From Eledone cirrhosa (taxonomy: Eukaryota), in the NCBI GenBank assembly GCA_964016885.1, contig OZ024743.1, positions 196,664,001 to 196,728,000 of the forward strand: a stretch of 64,000 nt of DNA, given 5' to 3'. Position 1 is the stretch's first letter, and each line of letters begins with the position of its first letter. Below are positions 1-17,307 of this stretch, piece after piece. Below the pieces are notes generated by a model, which was not told the DNA's origin, ran no database searches, and saw only the letters and a list, made by a program, of their open reading frames with translations. Made by a program: the position numbers and the translations under genes.

Positions 1-871
1 TTCTGAACCTGTCGCAAGCACGTGGGTCGCACTTAGTCATGGTCAAAAGACCATCATCACGGTACAAACCACCGCCAACGTTGGGGAATTCTTCCTTGAT
101 AGAGAAAAGAAGGAAAAGGCCGATAAGATCAGTAACCTCCGCAGAATCGCTGGCGCCCATACTCACGTCGAATGGGGTACTATTAGATTTTTTAATCCAA
201 ATAGAGTCGTCGAAATTAATCACCGACTTAAGGGCATTGAGGATGACATCAATTTCGAAATCCTTAACCACTGTGAGTGTTTTAGCGAAATTGATAGTTC
301 TAAGGAGAAATGGTAAAGGAGTAGTAATTATTGATGTCGAATTGGATAAAACGGCAATGTTCCTTGTTGCACCAATCAATCACCGCGAAAGAATTGTTCC
401 ACAGTGCAAGAGGGGCCAAACTTCTTATTTCAGGTATAATTCTATCAAGAATCCTTTTACTAAGTCTACCTAAATCGGACTTCGTAGGGTTAATAAGCCG
501 AATAGAGGGGTTGTTCGGAAAATTGGATTTGTGATCCTTCAGGGTAAAGTGGGGAGAAATAGGGTCCAGAGGTTCAGTTCGGTCAGGATGTTGAGATCAG
601 AGGTGATTTTAAACCCAGCATCGTTGATTTCATTAATAACGCTCCGATTAGTTTTACGGTAATCCTTAGTTACAGCATTATGTAGCAGTTGATGGTAAGT
701 AGTGCGCTCCACTTGATATAGGTTGCCAGTTTTGTCGGAATGGACGTGTACGGCATTAGAATCCTTAATAGAACGAATTCTATTATTCAGGTTCTGCTGG
801 AAGGAATTGCTCCTATTCCGAAATTTGATACTCCGTATGAGTTCCAAGACATCGTTTTCGAAGGGTACCAA
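1..871 (-). pseudogene. Penelope-like element reverse transcriptase fragment, frameshifted, runs off the window start
   Basis: ORF 539-871 (SDKTGNLY) continues after frameshifts on the minus strand as FTLKDHKSNFPNNPSIRLINPTKSDLG, FIQFDINNYY, FDVSMGASDSAEVTDLIGLFLL and GLYRDDGL. These are PLE-type RT motifs. It abuts (TA)n at 875. Confidence 0.85.
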
Positions 872-1136
872 TGCTATATATATATATATATATATATATT
901 ACAAATTGACGGATAAGTATTTACACTTAATTTTATTTGGAGTTAAGATTCTATTGGTTTTTTCCCCGGTTTACACAAAATCTGTGGATAAAATTTCTGG
1001 TCTTGAATTGTTTAGAATTGGGATTAAATTATATTCCCATATCTTACGTTGAATATTTTTCATCTTGACGTAATAGTCACTTATATGTCTGAATTACTGT
1101 TGGCTTCTTGCTTACATTAATTTCTCTATTTTCATT

Positions 1137-2180
<1,044 letters not shown>

Positions 2181-2498
2181 AGAAGGTAGAGAGGAGAGAG
2201 AAGGGTGGGGTTAGTGCAGATTAGATATATGCAATGTGGTTTTTCTTCCTCCTATGAGGAAGAGAAATTGTATAATGCATACTGACAGGCTGATGATGGA
2301 GAAACGATATTCAACGTAAGAGCGTTGTTAAGGAATGTCTAAAATTCGTATGTAACAATAGCACAAATAGCTATAAGAATTTCTAGAAGGAAATCAAACT
2401 CCAGCATCGTAAGCCAAATGTAAATAATTCAGAATTAGTTATCCAAAAACACAGTTTAAGTTGACTAAGTTGACTAATGTATATATATATATCTATAC

Positions 2499-2539
<41 letters not shown>

Positions 2540-2541
<2 letters not shown>

Positions 2542-2717
2542 AACCAGTAAGACCCCGACAGCTGAGCTCAAGCCGTTTCGTCCAGAATTAGCCGTCGAAA
2601 CGGCTTCAGCTCAGCTGTCGGGGTCTTACTGGTTCCTATTACCCACTCTACTACCTCAAGTATTGAGTACTTTGGTGCGTTATGGTCCACCTGGTTCCTT
2701 ACCACATTTCCTTCGTT
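2540..2717 (+). mobile_element. Short palindromic PLE-type 3' end insert carrying the 3' half of a hammerhead
   Basis: Inverted repeat ggaaccagtaagaccccgacagctgagc...gctcagctgtcggggtcttactggttcc containing GAAA-cggct..agctg-TC-ggggtc; flanked by (TA)n. Related copies at 4915, 15853, 20667 and 60220. Confidence 0.7.
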
Positions 2718-2741
2718 ATATATATATATATATATATATAT

Positions 2742-3001
<260 letters not shown>

Positions 3002-4685
3002 ATGCCAGTGTGTTAACGCGCTAGTTCTTCCTAATTTGATAACGAGTAGCAAATAACTTATTGGTGACACTTCCGATGGCAGCAGCTGACGTCACATCGA
3101 GCAGCAAAGAGTGGTAGAAAGAGAAGCATTGTTATTGTATTAGAGAAGATGAAAGACAACATGTAACAATGATGATGTAGTGATGTATGTAGCGTAGGCT
3201 GAGAGCGTCACTGCTGACTTCATAATCTAACATAAGCTATCATAATCATCGAAATGGAAATGTTTTAGAATATATTAGTCTTGTCGGTTGGGTTTCGATA
3301 TTCGTGAAGAATTTAGGTTCGATATGCATTTAGAATTATTCTGTTTTACTTATACCGATCAGCTAGGCAGTGAATTTGTAGAGTCTTTAGTGTCGGATAG
3401 AATTAATGTTTTTCGGTATTTGTCCTGGCCCTTTGCGCTCTGTGAGTTACAATCCCACCGCGGTCAACTTTGCCATTCATCCATTTGACGGCAATAAAAA
3501 ATGTACAAGTCCAGTACTGGGGTTTAATCTTCTTCCATTTATTTTTGTCAATCCATCTCTCGCACTCTTTCTCTTTTTCTTCATCATCTCTTCTTTTCTG
3601 TTCAGACCTGTAGAGCAGAGTGGGCTCCGCCAGGTTTAAAGTTCCCAGGGCATGTCGTATGTCACTCACGGCGCCTCTACAACACAAGGAGTTACGAATC
3701 CACCTATACATATCGTATTAGAGAAAATGAAATATGATATATAACAATATTGATGAAGAGAATTGTGTAGCGCAGGATGAGAACATCACTGCTGACATCA
3801 GGAGCTAAAACAAGCTATTATAGTCATCGATATAGAGATGTATTAGATCAGAGTTTTCAAAAGAGCATTACGTCCTGGGGAAGAGACACAGTGTGTAGCA
3901 CAGGGTGAGAATATCACTGCTGACAACAGAAGGTAAAATAAACTATCATAGTCATCAATATAGAGATGTATTAGATCCGGGATCCAAAAAGGGCTATTCC
4001 GTCCTGAGGAAGAAGCACAGTGGGCAAAAGATTAGATGGGGAAAGGGGAGTGATTTCCACCAATTATAAAGCTAATCTGCAATACAGCTGAGAGGCTACT
4101 ATTCATTTATTTTCATCAAAATGAAAATGCATGATAGTAAGTGGGATATGCAAATTAGTACAAAATGTAAGGAAAAAAATTTTCTATTTCAAATTTCATT
4201 AATTCCGTTTTTACTTTTGGAAATTTCCCTTTTTCCTGTTTTCACTTTTGATAAATTCCGTTTTTTATTTTTCCATGTTATTATATTTCACGATTAAATT
4301 GCAATAAATGGTATAATAAATATTATTGAAACAAGGAAAACAAAAACAAAATTTAAAAAAATGGCAGGGATCGTCAGCAAATATTTAGCAGAAATTTAAC
4401 TCAAAATTTTAACACAAAAAAAATATGACACAAAAATTAAAAACAAAAATTTAACTGAACAATTTAACGCAACAATTTAACACAAAAATTTAACACAAAA
4501 ATTTAATCCAAATCAAGAAGTAGTTTACATGCGAGAGAATGGAAGTGTAAATGTTGCAGACACTTGTTTTATGCAAAGATCAATCTTCCCAGTTAGAAGA
4601 AACGCCAGCATAACAAATGAGAAAGATAAAAATGCGAATAGTCCGAAACGAGGAATAACTGACGATGTTCTCTCTCTCTCTCTCT

Positions 4686-4806
<121 letters not shown>

Positions 4807-4809
4807 CGT

Positions 4810-4846
<37 letters not shown>

Positions 4847-4847
4847 G

Positions 4848-4914
<67 letters not shown>

Positions 4915-4918
<4 letters not shown>

Positions 4919-5130
4919 AGATTCAGGACCCCGACAGATGGGCTCCAGCCGTTTCGACAGCTAGATCCAAGTTCAGATCTAGCTGTCGAAACGGCCGGAG
5001 CTCAGCCGTCGGGATCCTGAATCTTTTCATATTACCCACTCTATTACCCCAATTATCGGTGAGTTGTGGTCTAGCTGGTTTTTACCACCCTTACTTCCAC
5101 TATTAATGGTGACACAGCTAACGTCAACAC
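4915..5130 (+). mobile_element. Short palindromic PLE-type insert (family of 2540)
   Basis: gaaaagattcaggaccccgac...gtcgggatcctgaatcttttc inverted repeat with GAAAcggc...gccgTCggga, followed by the shared ttacccactcta tail. Confidence 0.65.
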
Positions 5131-5525
5131 TAAGAGAGAAAGAAAGAAAACTACAGACAAAAATGTGAACTTTTCTCTTTATATATGTATGTAAAAACAT
5201 TTTCCCCCATATTCTTATTGTTCTTATTAATATGCAATTTAATTGCATTACACACTTCCGTCGTGTGAAGAAGCATACAAGCTGAAACCGGTACAATTGA
5301 TGCGGAAATTCCTATTTTGTAAATAAACGTTTGGCTGTTATTCTGAGAAAAAATCCTTTTATCCTTTTCTACTGCTTTTTTTCTTTTTTTACTATTATAT
5401 ATATATATATATATATATATCAAGCTGAGTAACAACATTCTCTAGGCTCCTATCTTCTGATGAGGGACAAGCATCCGAGCGTTAATCTAATATTCAATTA
5501 TTACAATTATTGTATTGTTCAGTTT

Positions 5526-5563
<38 letters not shown>

Positions 5564-5694
5564 AGTTATTCCGGGTTGAATCGGAGGTAACCACAGTAAG
5601 TAAGGTGCTCGATACATAGCAGAGTATAAAAGTTTCAATATAGATGAGATTCTACAGGACTAGAACTGTTTCATTCTTTAGAAATCATCAGGAA

Positions 5695-6271
5695 TAAGAA
5701 CACAATAAGACTCGCCTACTCCACCACACCTAACCTAGCTAGGAATATAGCCAATCACTATTCTAAAAAATTAAATAAGCCAACCACCTCCGAACCCAAT
5801 CCCCGGTCTGGGGCCTTGTGTAATTGCCTAAATAAGGAAGCCTGCCCACTTGAAAACAAATGCCTGACAAATGATATCGTATACAAATGCGATGTCATCT
5901 CAGGCACCGATGATTGCAACAACAAAAAGACTTACATTGGCATGACTTCCAATAACTTTAAGACCCGGTGGTATGCCCATACACACTCCTTCAGTACACC
6001 TGACAAATCAAACCAGACAACCCTCGCCTTCTATGTTTGGGACCTCAAAAGGAACTCCACTCCATTCAAGCTCAAATGGAAAATACTCCAGAAAGCGCGT
6101 TCATACAACGGAGGACACAAGTGCTGCGACATTTGTATCTCAGATAGCTACGAAATTTTATTCGCCAAGGGCCCGCTACTGAACAAACTCTCTGAACACT
6201 CCCCGAACTTCATGCACAAAAGCTTTGCAACCTTCAAATACCTTAAGCCAGTGTTAATACCCGATGGCTAA
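5695..6271 (+). pseudogene. PLE C-terminal GIY-YIG endonuclease domain (5'-truncated element)
   Basis: ORF CNCLNKEACPLENKCL..IVYKC..TYIGMT..FKTRW..H..SF..LAFYVWDLK..W..CDIC..LLNK has the GIY-YIG and Cys motifs. It is preceded by an inverted PLE 3' end at 5560-5692, the usual PLE insertion structure. Confidence 0.88.
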
Positions 6272-6429
6272 AAACGGCTTCCCTCCTTTTTTTTTAAACG
6301 CCAGCCGACAAAATAGCCCCTCTACCTCCTTCCGACCCCACCCATACCCCTCCTCAACCTGTAACACAACACTATGGTTATGTAAGTACCTCTTAGCTAT
6401 CTGCATTTTCTGCTTGTAGAGCTGTTTTT

Positions 6430-7450
<1,021 letters not shown>

Positions 7451-7484
7451 TGAAAATTGCAAACTTGACTGTCACCACACATTA

Positions 7485-7523
7485 TGAACCTGAAGATTGC
7501 GAAAGCATGAAAGTACTTGTTCA
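7485..7523 (+). ncRNA. Minimal type I hammerhead ribozyme motif
   Basis: tgaac-CTGAAGA-t-tgc-gaaa-gca-t-GAAA-gtac-TT-gttca: stem I tgaac/gttca, stem II tgc/gca, palindromic minimal stem III. Confidence 0.7.
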
Positions 7524-7679
7524 ATTAACACTTAAAATTTAATATTCTGCCATACTATTTCATTCTAATACCATTATAAATTTTAAAAATTTTTAAAGGA
7601 TTGTAAATAAAACGAGTAACTCAGACAAAATTGGAATTCCTTTTATTAATATATATATATATATATGTGTGTGTATATG

Positions 7680-7745
<66 letters not shown>

Positions 7746-8020
7746 ATAAAGAAATACACGCGAACATATACATATACATGAATATATCCACATATATCTC
7801 TGAATTTGTGTGGTGCCAACCTTAACCATTGTTGCTCTATGAATAACTGGGACAAAATAATCTGAATGGATTAGATTGATTCAGTATCAGAGCTATATAA
7901 TACATTATAAAGAAAGAAGAAACATTAGATATAAATAAAAAGATATACCATACCCAAATTCCTACATTACTCCTCGACTACGGAGTTTTCGTGGCATATT
8001 ATGCAAAAACACTACATCAC

Positions 8021-8373
8021 ATAGATACAGTATTTTTGTGAGGATTGCCGACTTATCAAGAGGATACCTCATTTAGAGTTTCAAAACACATCCGTAGGAC
8101 GCGAGATAGAATCCCGAAAGGCGGAGGGGGAGTCAATCACGTGATACAGCGCTCAAGAAACAGAACTGAACCTCTTACAACCAAGAAAAAAATACCACAA
8201 CGGCGGAGGGGGTACTTATATCAAAGCCGTAAAAGAGATGGCTAGGATGGCGAGAAGTTTGAGTAATGATAGCTATCCAGCAGGATTTTATCTCGCGCAC
8301 TACGGATGTGTTTTGAAACTCCAAATGAGGTATCCTCTTGATAAGTCGGCAAACCTCACAAAAATACTGTATC
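8021..8373. repeat. Inverted repeat, arms about 95 bp, spacer about 170 bp
   Basis: agatacagtatttttgtgagg...gcgagatagaatcc is the approximate reverse complement of ggattttatctcgc...cctcacaaaaatactgtatct. Confidence 0.8.
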
Positions 8374-8999
8374 TCTGTAAAACTATATATATATATAATT
8401 GGAGGCTTTGTAAAATCGAATCTTTGGCGGTGTGCAAGCAAATTCGACCTACTATATGAATGAGTTAGCAAAGCACTCGCAAGGTAGGTCCTTAGAGTAA
8501 TAACATACATTTAAATAGCTTGACAAATTGAACATTGTGCTATGCAAAATCTAACACACAATACCAAAGTAACGAAAGAACTAACAGGTTGAGAAAAAAT
8601 ACACCTGGACAAATCAAACGTTATACGTTTAAAGTGTTTCTATGAATCCGAAATCAAATATCAGACTTACGTAACTGGCAAGCTCGTGGTATTCATGATC
8701 GAACAGAGGATTCATTTCATCAACAGGATTTCGTTCTACCAAAGAACGAGGCGAAATACTAAATGTTGCAACTAGCATTAGCGAATCGAACATTTAGTTA
8801 TCACGTATTATTTCCAACAAGGGAAATAACCCCCGGTTTTTTGCGGGTCATTCAAAGTGTTAGACAAAGGAAATATTGTAATTTCCGCTAACATTCAGAA
8901 TAAGCTCTCGACCAGATGTTATTAAACAAACACAAATAATTAACCAATCAACAGAATTGTCTAATTAAATTAATTAGTTAATTATTAAATCTAGGAGAA

Positions 9000-9058
<59 letters not shown>

Positions 9059-9419
9059 CTAGGCATCTTCGAGATATCCGGCTTTGCAACAAATCTCTGA
9101 CCACGCGACATTCCCGGTCCGTCGAACAGTTCACACCCCAACTCTCTGCTTCGTTGTCTGCACCGGATCCTAGGCTCGTGCCTCTAGATGTAACACCACG
9201 CCATCTTCTCTCTCCAAATCTTTACTCCAATAGACTTGATGTACCACTCCTTTTCCTTTAGTCTGCTCCCCTCTACACACCTCACACCTACATTCCATCC
9301 ACTTGCACCCCGACACGAATGCACTATCCCTAGAACAAAATAAAAGCATTCAACAACACACTCTCTCAGACATGTACGAAGAGAGACATTAGCACACTTC
9401 TAAATATGTACAGACATAG

Positions 9420-9833
9420 ATAACACACACACACACACACACACACACATGAACACACATATAACACACACACACATGAACACACACATATAACACACAC
9501 ACACACACACACACACACATGAACACACATATAACACACACACACATGAACACACACATATAACTCACACACACATGAACACACACATATAACACACACA
9601 CACATGAACACACACATATAACACACACACACACACACACACACATGAACACACACATATAACACACACACACACATTAACACACACATATAACACACAC
9701 ACACATGAACACACCCATATAACATACACACACACACATGAACACACACATATAACACACACATCAACACACTGTGACATAAAGTCACTCATATCATCAC
9801 AAATACCATCACAGACGAACACACACACTGGTA

Positions 9834-9880
<47 letters not shown>
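9420..9880. repeat. (CA)n-based compound repeat (acacatgaacacacacatata units)
   Basis: Visible tandem structure. Confidence 0.9.
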
Positions 9881-9881
<1 letters not shown>

Positions 9882-10139
9882 ATAGGCCGAACTATACACA
9901 CACACATACAAGTGGAAACATACACACCCGAACAGGCACACATGCTTATATACACACACATTAAATTACCCCAACACACACAGTCTCCAACAATGCACAA
10001 CAGATACACAGATACACACATAGACAAGACTTGGCATGCGCGCACACATACACACACAGAGACTCAGTGGTAATATGCACCACTACAAACTAAGACGGAA
10101 CCATATACACACACACACCGACAATATACCTACACACAT

Positions 10140-13100
10140 CATCACCACCACCACTAACACCACCACTACCGCCACAACCACTACCACCACCACAACCACC
10201 ACTACAACTACAACCACTACCGCCACCACAACCACCACTACCACCACCACCATTAACACCACCACTACCGCCACAACCACTACCCCCACCATTAACACCA
10301 CCACTACCGCCACAACCACTACTACCACCACAACCACTACTACCACTACAACCACTACCACCACCGCCACAACCCCCACTACCACTACAACCACTACCAC
10401 CACCACCACAACCACCACTACCACTACAACCACTACCACCACCGTCACAACCACTACCACCACCACAACCACTACCACCACCACCACCACCACTACCACC
10501 ACCACTACAACCACCGCCACCACCACCACAACCACTACCACCACCACCACAACCACTACCACCACCACAATCACTACCACCACCACCACAACCACTACCA
10601 CCACAACCACCACTTCCACTACAACCACTATCACCACCGTCACAACCACTACCACCACCACAACCACTACCACCACCACAACCACTACCACCACCACCAC
10701 AACCACTACCACCACCACTACAACCACCACCACCACCACAACCACTACCACCACCACAACCACTACCACCACCACAACCACTACCACCACAACCACCACT
10801 ACCACTACAACCACTACCACCACCGTCACAACCACTACCACCACCACAACCACTAGCACCACCACCACTACAACCACTACCACCACCACTACAACCACCA
10901 CCACCACTACCACCACTACCACTACAATCACTACCACCACCACCACAACCACTACCACCACCACCACAACCATTACCACCACCACTACAACCACCACCAC
11001 CACACCCACTACCACCACCACAACCACTACCACCACAACCACAACCACCACCACCACAACCACTACAACCACTACCACCACCGTCACAACCACTACCACC
11101 ACCACAACCACTACCACCACCACAACCACTACCACCACCACCACCACCACCACAACCACCACTACCACTACAACCTCTACCACCACCGTCACAACCACTA
11201 CCACCACCACAACCACTACCACCACCACCACAACCACTACCACCACAACCACCACTTCCACTACAACCACTACCACCACCGTCACAACCACTACCACCAC
11301 CACAACCACTACCACCACCACTACAACCACCACCACCACCACAACCACTACCACCACCACAACCACTACCACCACCACAACCACTACCACCACAACCACC
11401 ACTACCACTACAACCACTACCACCACCTTCACAACCACTACCACCACCACAACCACTAGCACCACCACAACCACTACTACCATCACTACAACCACCACCA
11501 CCACTACCACCACTACCACTACAATCACTACCACCACCACAACCACTACCACCACCACCACAACCACTACCACCACCACTACAACCACCACCACCACACC
11601 CACTACCACCACCACCACAACCACTACCACCACCACCACAACCACCACAACCACTACAACCACTACCACCACCGTCACAACCACTACCACCACCACAACC
11701 GACTACCACCACCACAACCACTACCACCACCACCAGCACCACCACCACAACCACCACTACCACTACAACCACCGCCACCACCACCACAACCACTACCACC
11801 ACCACAACCACTACCACCACCACCACTACAACCACTACCACCACCACTACAACCACCACCACCACTACCACCACTACCACTACAATCACTACCACCACCA
11901 CCACAACCACTACCACCACCACAACCACTACCACCACCACCACAACCATTACCACCACCACTACAACCACCACCACCACACCCACTACCACCACCACTAC
12001 CACTACCACCACCACCACAACCACCACCACCACAACCACTACAACCACTACCACCACCGTCATAACCACTACCACCACCACAACCACTACCACCACCACA
12101 ACCACTACCACCACCACCACCACCACCACCACAACCACCACTACGACTACAACCTCTACCACCACCGTCACAACCACTACCACCACCACAACCACTACCA
12201 CCACCACCACATCCACTACCACCACAACCACCACTTCCACTACAACCACTACCACCACCGTCACAACCACTACCACCACCACAACCACTACCACCACCAC
12301 AACCACTACCACCACCACCACAACCACTACCACCACCACTACAACCACCACCACCACCACAACCACTACCACCACCACAACCACTACCACCACCACAACC
12401 ACTACCACCACAACCACCACTACCACTACAACCACTACCACCACCGTCACAACCACTACCACCACCACAACCACTAGCACCACCACAACCACTACTACCA
12501 CCACTACAACCACCACCACCACTACCACCACTACCACTACAATCACTACCACCACCACAACCACTACCACCACCACCACAACCACTACCACCACCACTAC
12601 AACCACCACCACCACACCCACTACCACCACCACAACCACTACCACCACCACCACAACCACCACCACCACAACCACCACAACCACTACAACCACTACCACC
12701 ACCGTCACAACCACTACCACCACCACAACCGACTACCACCACCACAACCACTACCACCACCACTACAACCACCACCACCACACCCACTACCACCACCACA
12801 ACCACTACCACCACCACCACAACCACCACCACCACAACCACCACAACCACTGCAACCACTACCACCACCGTCACAACCACTACCACCACCACAACCGACT
12901 ACCACCACCACAACCACTACCACCACCACCAGCACCACCACCACAACCACCACTACCACTACAACCACCGCCACCACCACCACAACCACTACCACCACCA
13001 CAACCACTACCACCACCACCACTACAACCACTACCACCACCACTACAACCACCACCACCACTACCACCACTACCACTACAATCACTACCACCACCACCAC

Positions 13101-13506
13101 AACCACTACCACCACCACAACCACTACCACCACCACCACAACCATTACCACCACCACTACAACCACCACCACCACACCCACTACCACCACCACAACCACT
13201 ACCACCACCACCACAACCACCACCACCACAACCACTACAACCACTACCACCACCGTCACAACCACTACCACCACCACAACCACTACCACCACCACCACCA
13301 CCACCACCACCACAACCACCACTACCACTACAACCTCTACCACCACCGTCACAACCACTACCACCACCACAACCACTTCCACCACCACCACTACAACCAC
13401 TACCACCACCACTACAACCACCACCACTACAACCACTACCACCACCACCACCACCACAACCACTACCACCACCACTACAACCACCACCACCACCACCACC
13501 ACCACT
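10140..13506 (+). repeat. 3.4-kb compound ACC/ACA/ACT trinucleotide satellite with higher-order duplications
   Basis: Continuous ACN triplets; rare variants (accgtc, accgac, aatc, agcacc) recur in the same order; frame slips near 11700, 12730 and 12896. Confidence 0.95.
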
Positions 13507-13734
13507 AACAAAATATACACCACTCCAATTCATATACTCACACAAACATAAAAAAAATATAAACAAAACACACTCGTCACCTGAGAGAGCAAACCTTTGA
13601 ATTCCTCAATTCTTTGAAATTATTTTAAATTCTGTCAGCCGAACTTTTGTGTTAACACACCCCAGTCTTCATCCCAAGTGAGATACACATAACCACCCTT
13701 CCACCCTATTTTATCTTCGTCCACTCCAACAGGT

Positions 13735-13900
13735 TTGCAGTCGAGCCCGTAGCAATGGAAACTTCTAGTGTCCATCGGCACAGAGTTGGCTACTTGCAGG
13801 TGGGAACCTGGCGAGCTAGAATGGCTGTTCCAGCGCGTCTCCCTCGCCAGCTTCCGGGGAAATGACTTCTCTATTCTGTCCGCCGGGGCTGCTGGGCGGC
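13735..13900 (+). mobile_element. CRE-like non-LTR retrotransposon C-terminal (restriction-like endonuclease) fragment
   Basis: Translations EPVAMETS and ELEWLFQRVSLASFRGNDFSIL resemble the PxAxETxG...FQRxSxAxxRGNA tail of CRE-type ORFs. Confidence 0.55.
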
Positions 13901-13924
13901 CAGCATATGGGCTCCCATTTACTT

Positions 13925-14315
13925 ATAATAATTGTTTCTACTTTTTGGACAAGGCCAGCAATAACCCAGTGCATTACTGGTACTTTATTTATCGACCCCG
14001 TAAAGATGAAAGGCAAAGTTAACCTCAGCGGGATTTGAACTCAGACCATAAAGGGGCGTAACTCTGTGCTGCAAAGCATGGCGTCTGACCCTCTACCGAT
14101 ACTGTCAATTTGCCGCTTATAATAATGGTTTCTTATATGGGCACAAGGCCAGCAATTTTGGGGGAGGGGAAAGTCGATTAAATCGACCCCAATGCGCGAC
14201 TCTGCTGCTTATAATAATTGTTTCCACTTTTTGGCACAAGGCCAGCAATTACCCAGTGCATTACTGGTACTTTATTTTATCGACCCCGTAAGGATGAAAG
14301 GCAAAGTTAACCTCG
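13925..14315 (-). mobile_element. Cluster of tRNA-derived SINE copies and fragments (family 1)
   Basis: Reverse complement of ggcgg..ttggcagtatcggtaga (A box), gagttcaaatccc (B box) and gcctttcatc..acggggtcgataaa conserved core; many copies in the window. Confidence 0.85.
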
Positions 14316-14643
14316 ATAATAAGGAGAGATGGGGTGAGCAGGAGAGACGGAGGCAATGACTATGGAAGTTTGGTTCCAATCTGTTCAGACCCGGTGTATA
14401 TATTTATTGACCACACCACATTAAGGCTGTAGTTAAGGTTCAGTGGACACATACACATCTGAACAGGCACACATCCGAATACACACATATGAAGTTACCC
14501 CAATACACACATTCTATCAGCCAAAGCTTTGTTTTAACACACCCTAGTCTTCATCCTTAGTGAAATACACATATCCAACCCTCCACCATTTCCTTATTTT
14601 ATCCACCAGTTACCACATAGTTTTCTGAACTAATGACGACTAC

Positions 14644-14713
<70 letters not shown>

Positions 14714-14916
14714 AAAATGGCGTAGGATAGAAGAAAGGAAAGGCACAGAAACGAAGAAAAAAATATATATATATAGTTTCTGCTTATAATAATAATAAAT
14801 CAAATAAAACTATTTCTCATCTCCGGAGTACAACCATCCCCAAATCTGAAATCTAACCACACAAATTTCGAAATATAGGTTTGGGTACATCTCACTTGGT
14901 GCACTCACACACACAC

Positions 14917-14992
<76 letters not shown>

Positions 14993-15089
14993 ACGCACGC
15001 TTATACACATACATACAAACATATGATAACACCCACAAAAGCATACACTCATACATAAACAGAAATAACAACATACACACACACATATA

Positions 15090-15296
15090 TATAGTCTAAC
15101 AAAGTTGTTTCGTTGCACATCAACAACATTGTATTGGTGCTATTATGTTCCTCCTGTTGTATTGTATATCAACGCCATCTTTATTAAATACATCTTTATT
15201 AAATAAAGATGGCATAGATATACAATACAACAGGAGGAAATAATAGCACCACTGACGATGTTGCAGATATGCAACGAAAGAACTTTGTTAGACTAT
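15090..15296 (+). mobile_element. Palindromic PLE-type insert with hammerhead-like core
   Basis: Inverted arms around 15190; the right arm has CTGACGA-t-gttgca-gata-tgcaac-GAAA-gaac-TT at 15252-15285; stem I is weak. Confidence 0.55.
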
Positions 15297-15525
15297 ATAT
15301 ATATGTGTTTGTGTCTATATTATATCTGTATTTTTGACCGTTGGTCAGTCAATGGTAAACATTGAGGACCGAATGAATTAACTGATATAAAAGATACAGA
15401 AGCTAAAACCAACCAAACAGTGAGTGTGTTCTGTTATTAATTCTGGCAATATTATTACACTATGACTCTCCCCAAGTATAACAATATGTGTTTCGACACA
15501 CGATTTCATTGCAAAAACCTCGCAA

Positions 15526-15587
<62 letters not shown>

Positions 15588-15752
15588 CGTATTTAATTAT
15601 ATAATAAACAACACAATATAATTATTCCATTACCCAAGGTTTCACGAAATTAGACGGTTCTAGCTTTGTCCAATACATAGAGCATTTTTCTTTCCTTTAT
15701 CTTTTCTACGGAAATACATAACACACACACATACACACATACACACACATAA

Positions 15753-16213
<461 letters not shown>

Positions 16214-16439
16214 TGTTTATAGGGGTATTTCACACAATTTTCTAAGGTAATATTTATAACAATCAACTGTAGTTACATTGAGCTTCTGCGTTTGAAATTT
16301 CTACATATTCTAGAATTTCAATCTACTCAACGCTCCGATAGATTAATGCTGGTAGTTTAGCCTTCTATTTAGAAGAAAGTTATTGTCAGGAGTCGTTTAG
16401 CTAAACGGTTATGAGGGCTCAGTCAGAATTTGAGAGATA

Positions 16440-16826
16440 CGAACTTCACCCACAAGATTATTAACCATCTTTTCAACAACAACCCTCAGCACCTTTTTGA
16501 ATTCCATATGTCTAACACTCGTGGACAAGCTTCTAAAATTAGAAAACAGTACAGCTCCCATGACTTTCGGAAACATTTTTTCACGCTCAGAGTTGCTGGA
16601 GCATGGAACAAACTACCTGCATCAGTTGTTAGCTGCCGGGACATTGCATCCTTTAAAACTTCCATGCTTCCCGAAATTCGCCAGCACTACACCTGATATT
16701 TCCCCCTCCATACACTGTTCACTTTCCTGACATTTGTACATTATTCTATGTACTATACATGCACCTTTGATGAGTTGTAGTGCACCTGAGCACTGTACAC
16801 AATGATTTTCATTAATATTATTATAT
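16440..16826 (+). mobile_element. CR1/L2-group LINE 3' end (ORF2 C-terminus and 3' UTR)
   Basis: TRGQASKIRK..FRKHFFTLRVAGAWNKLPASVV..SFK matches the conserved CR1-type C-terminal motif; ends in an ATT-rich tail. Confidence 0.8.
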
Positions 16827-16983
16827 TACTTCGTAGCGGCCGCTGGTCAGTTTTTTCCGCCAATAAGAATATTTTACGCGATTTTCTAAGCTATTATTTA
16901 TAGCAATCGGGTGTAGTTATAGTGGCATTCTGCGTTTGAGATTTCTACATCTTCTAAGACTATATTACAGTGCAAACTAGGAA

Positions 16984-17055
<72 letters not shown>

Positions 17056-17111
17056 AGGTACGAAGTGGTTAATAATGATGATATGGATTTAAGAAAGGAA
17101 AACTACATAAC

Positions 17112-17307
17112 CAGACCTGCCAACCATTAAAAACCCAAAACAGGGAGTACTATGAACAAACGTGCATCAAAGCAGGGAGAAATGAGGCAAAATTGGGAGA
17201 TTTTACATAATGAAAGCTATACCCATTTTCACAAAAGAAGATATCTCTCACCCATCCTAAAGTGGGTGGGAGATCTTCCCGTCGGACGGGGAGAGTTGGC
17301 AGGTCTG
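17112..17307 (+). mobile_element. MITE, about 195 bp, 13-bp TIR CAGACCTGCCAAC
   Basis: cagacctgccaac...gttggcaggtctg; two other copies in the window. Confidence 0.85.

Noticed and set aside
2288-2310. CTGATGA-tgga-GAAA as a hammerhead
   Set aside because: No stem II and no convincing stem I or III; at most a deleted relic.
10036-12477. 813-aa poly-Thr/His ORF as a mucin gene
   Set aside because: Pure triplet satellite open in several frames and both strands, with frame slips and no unique domain or evident splice context.
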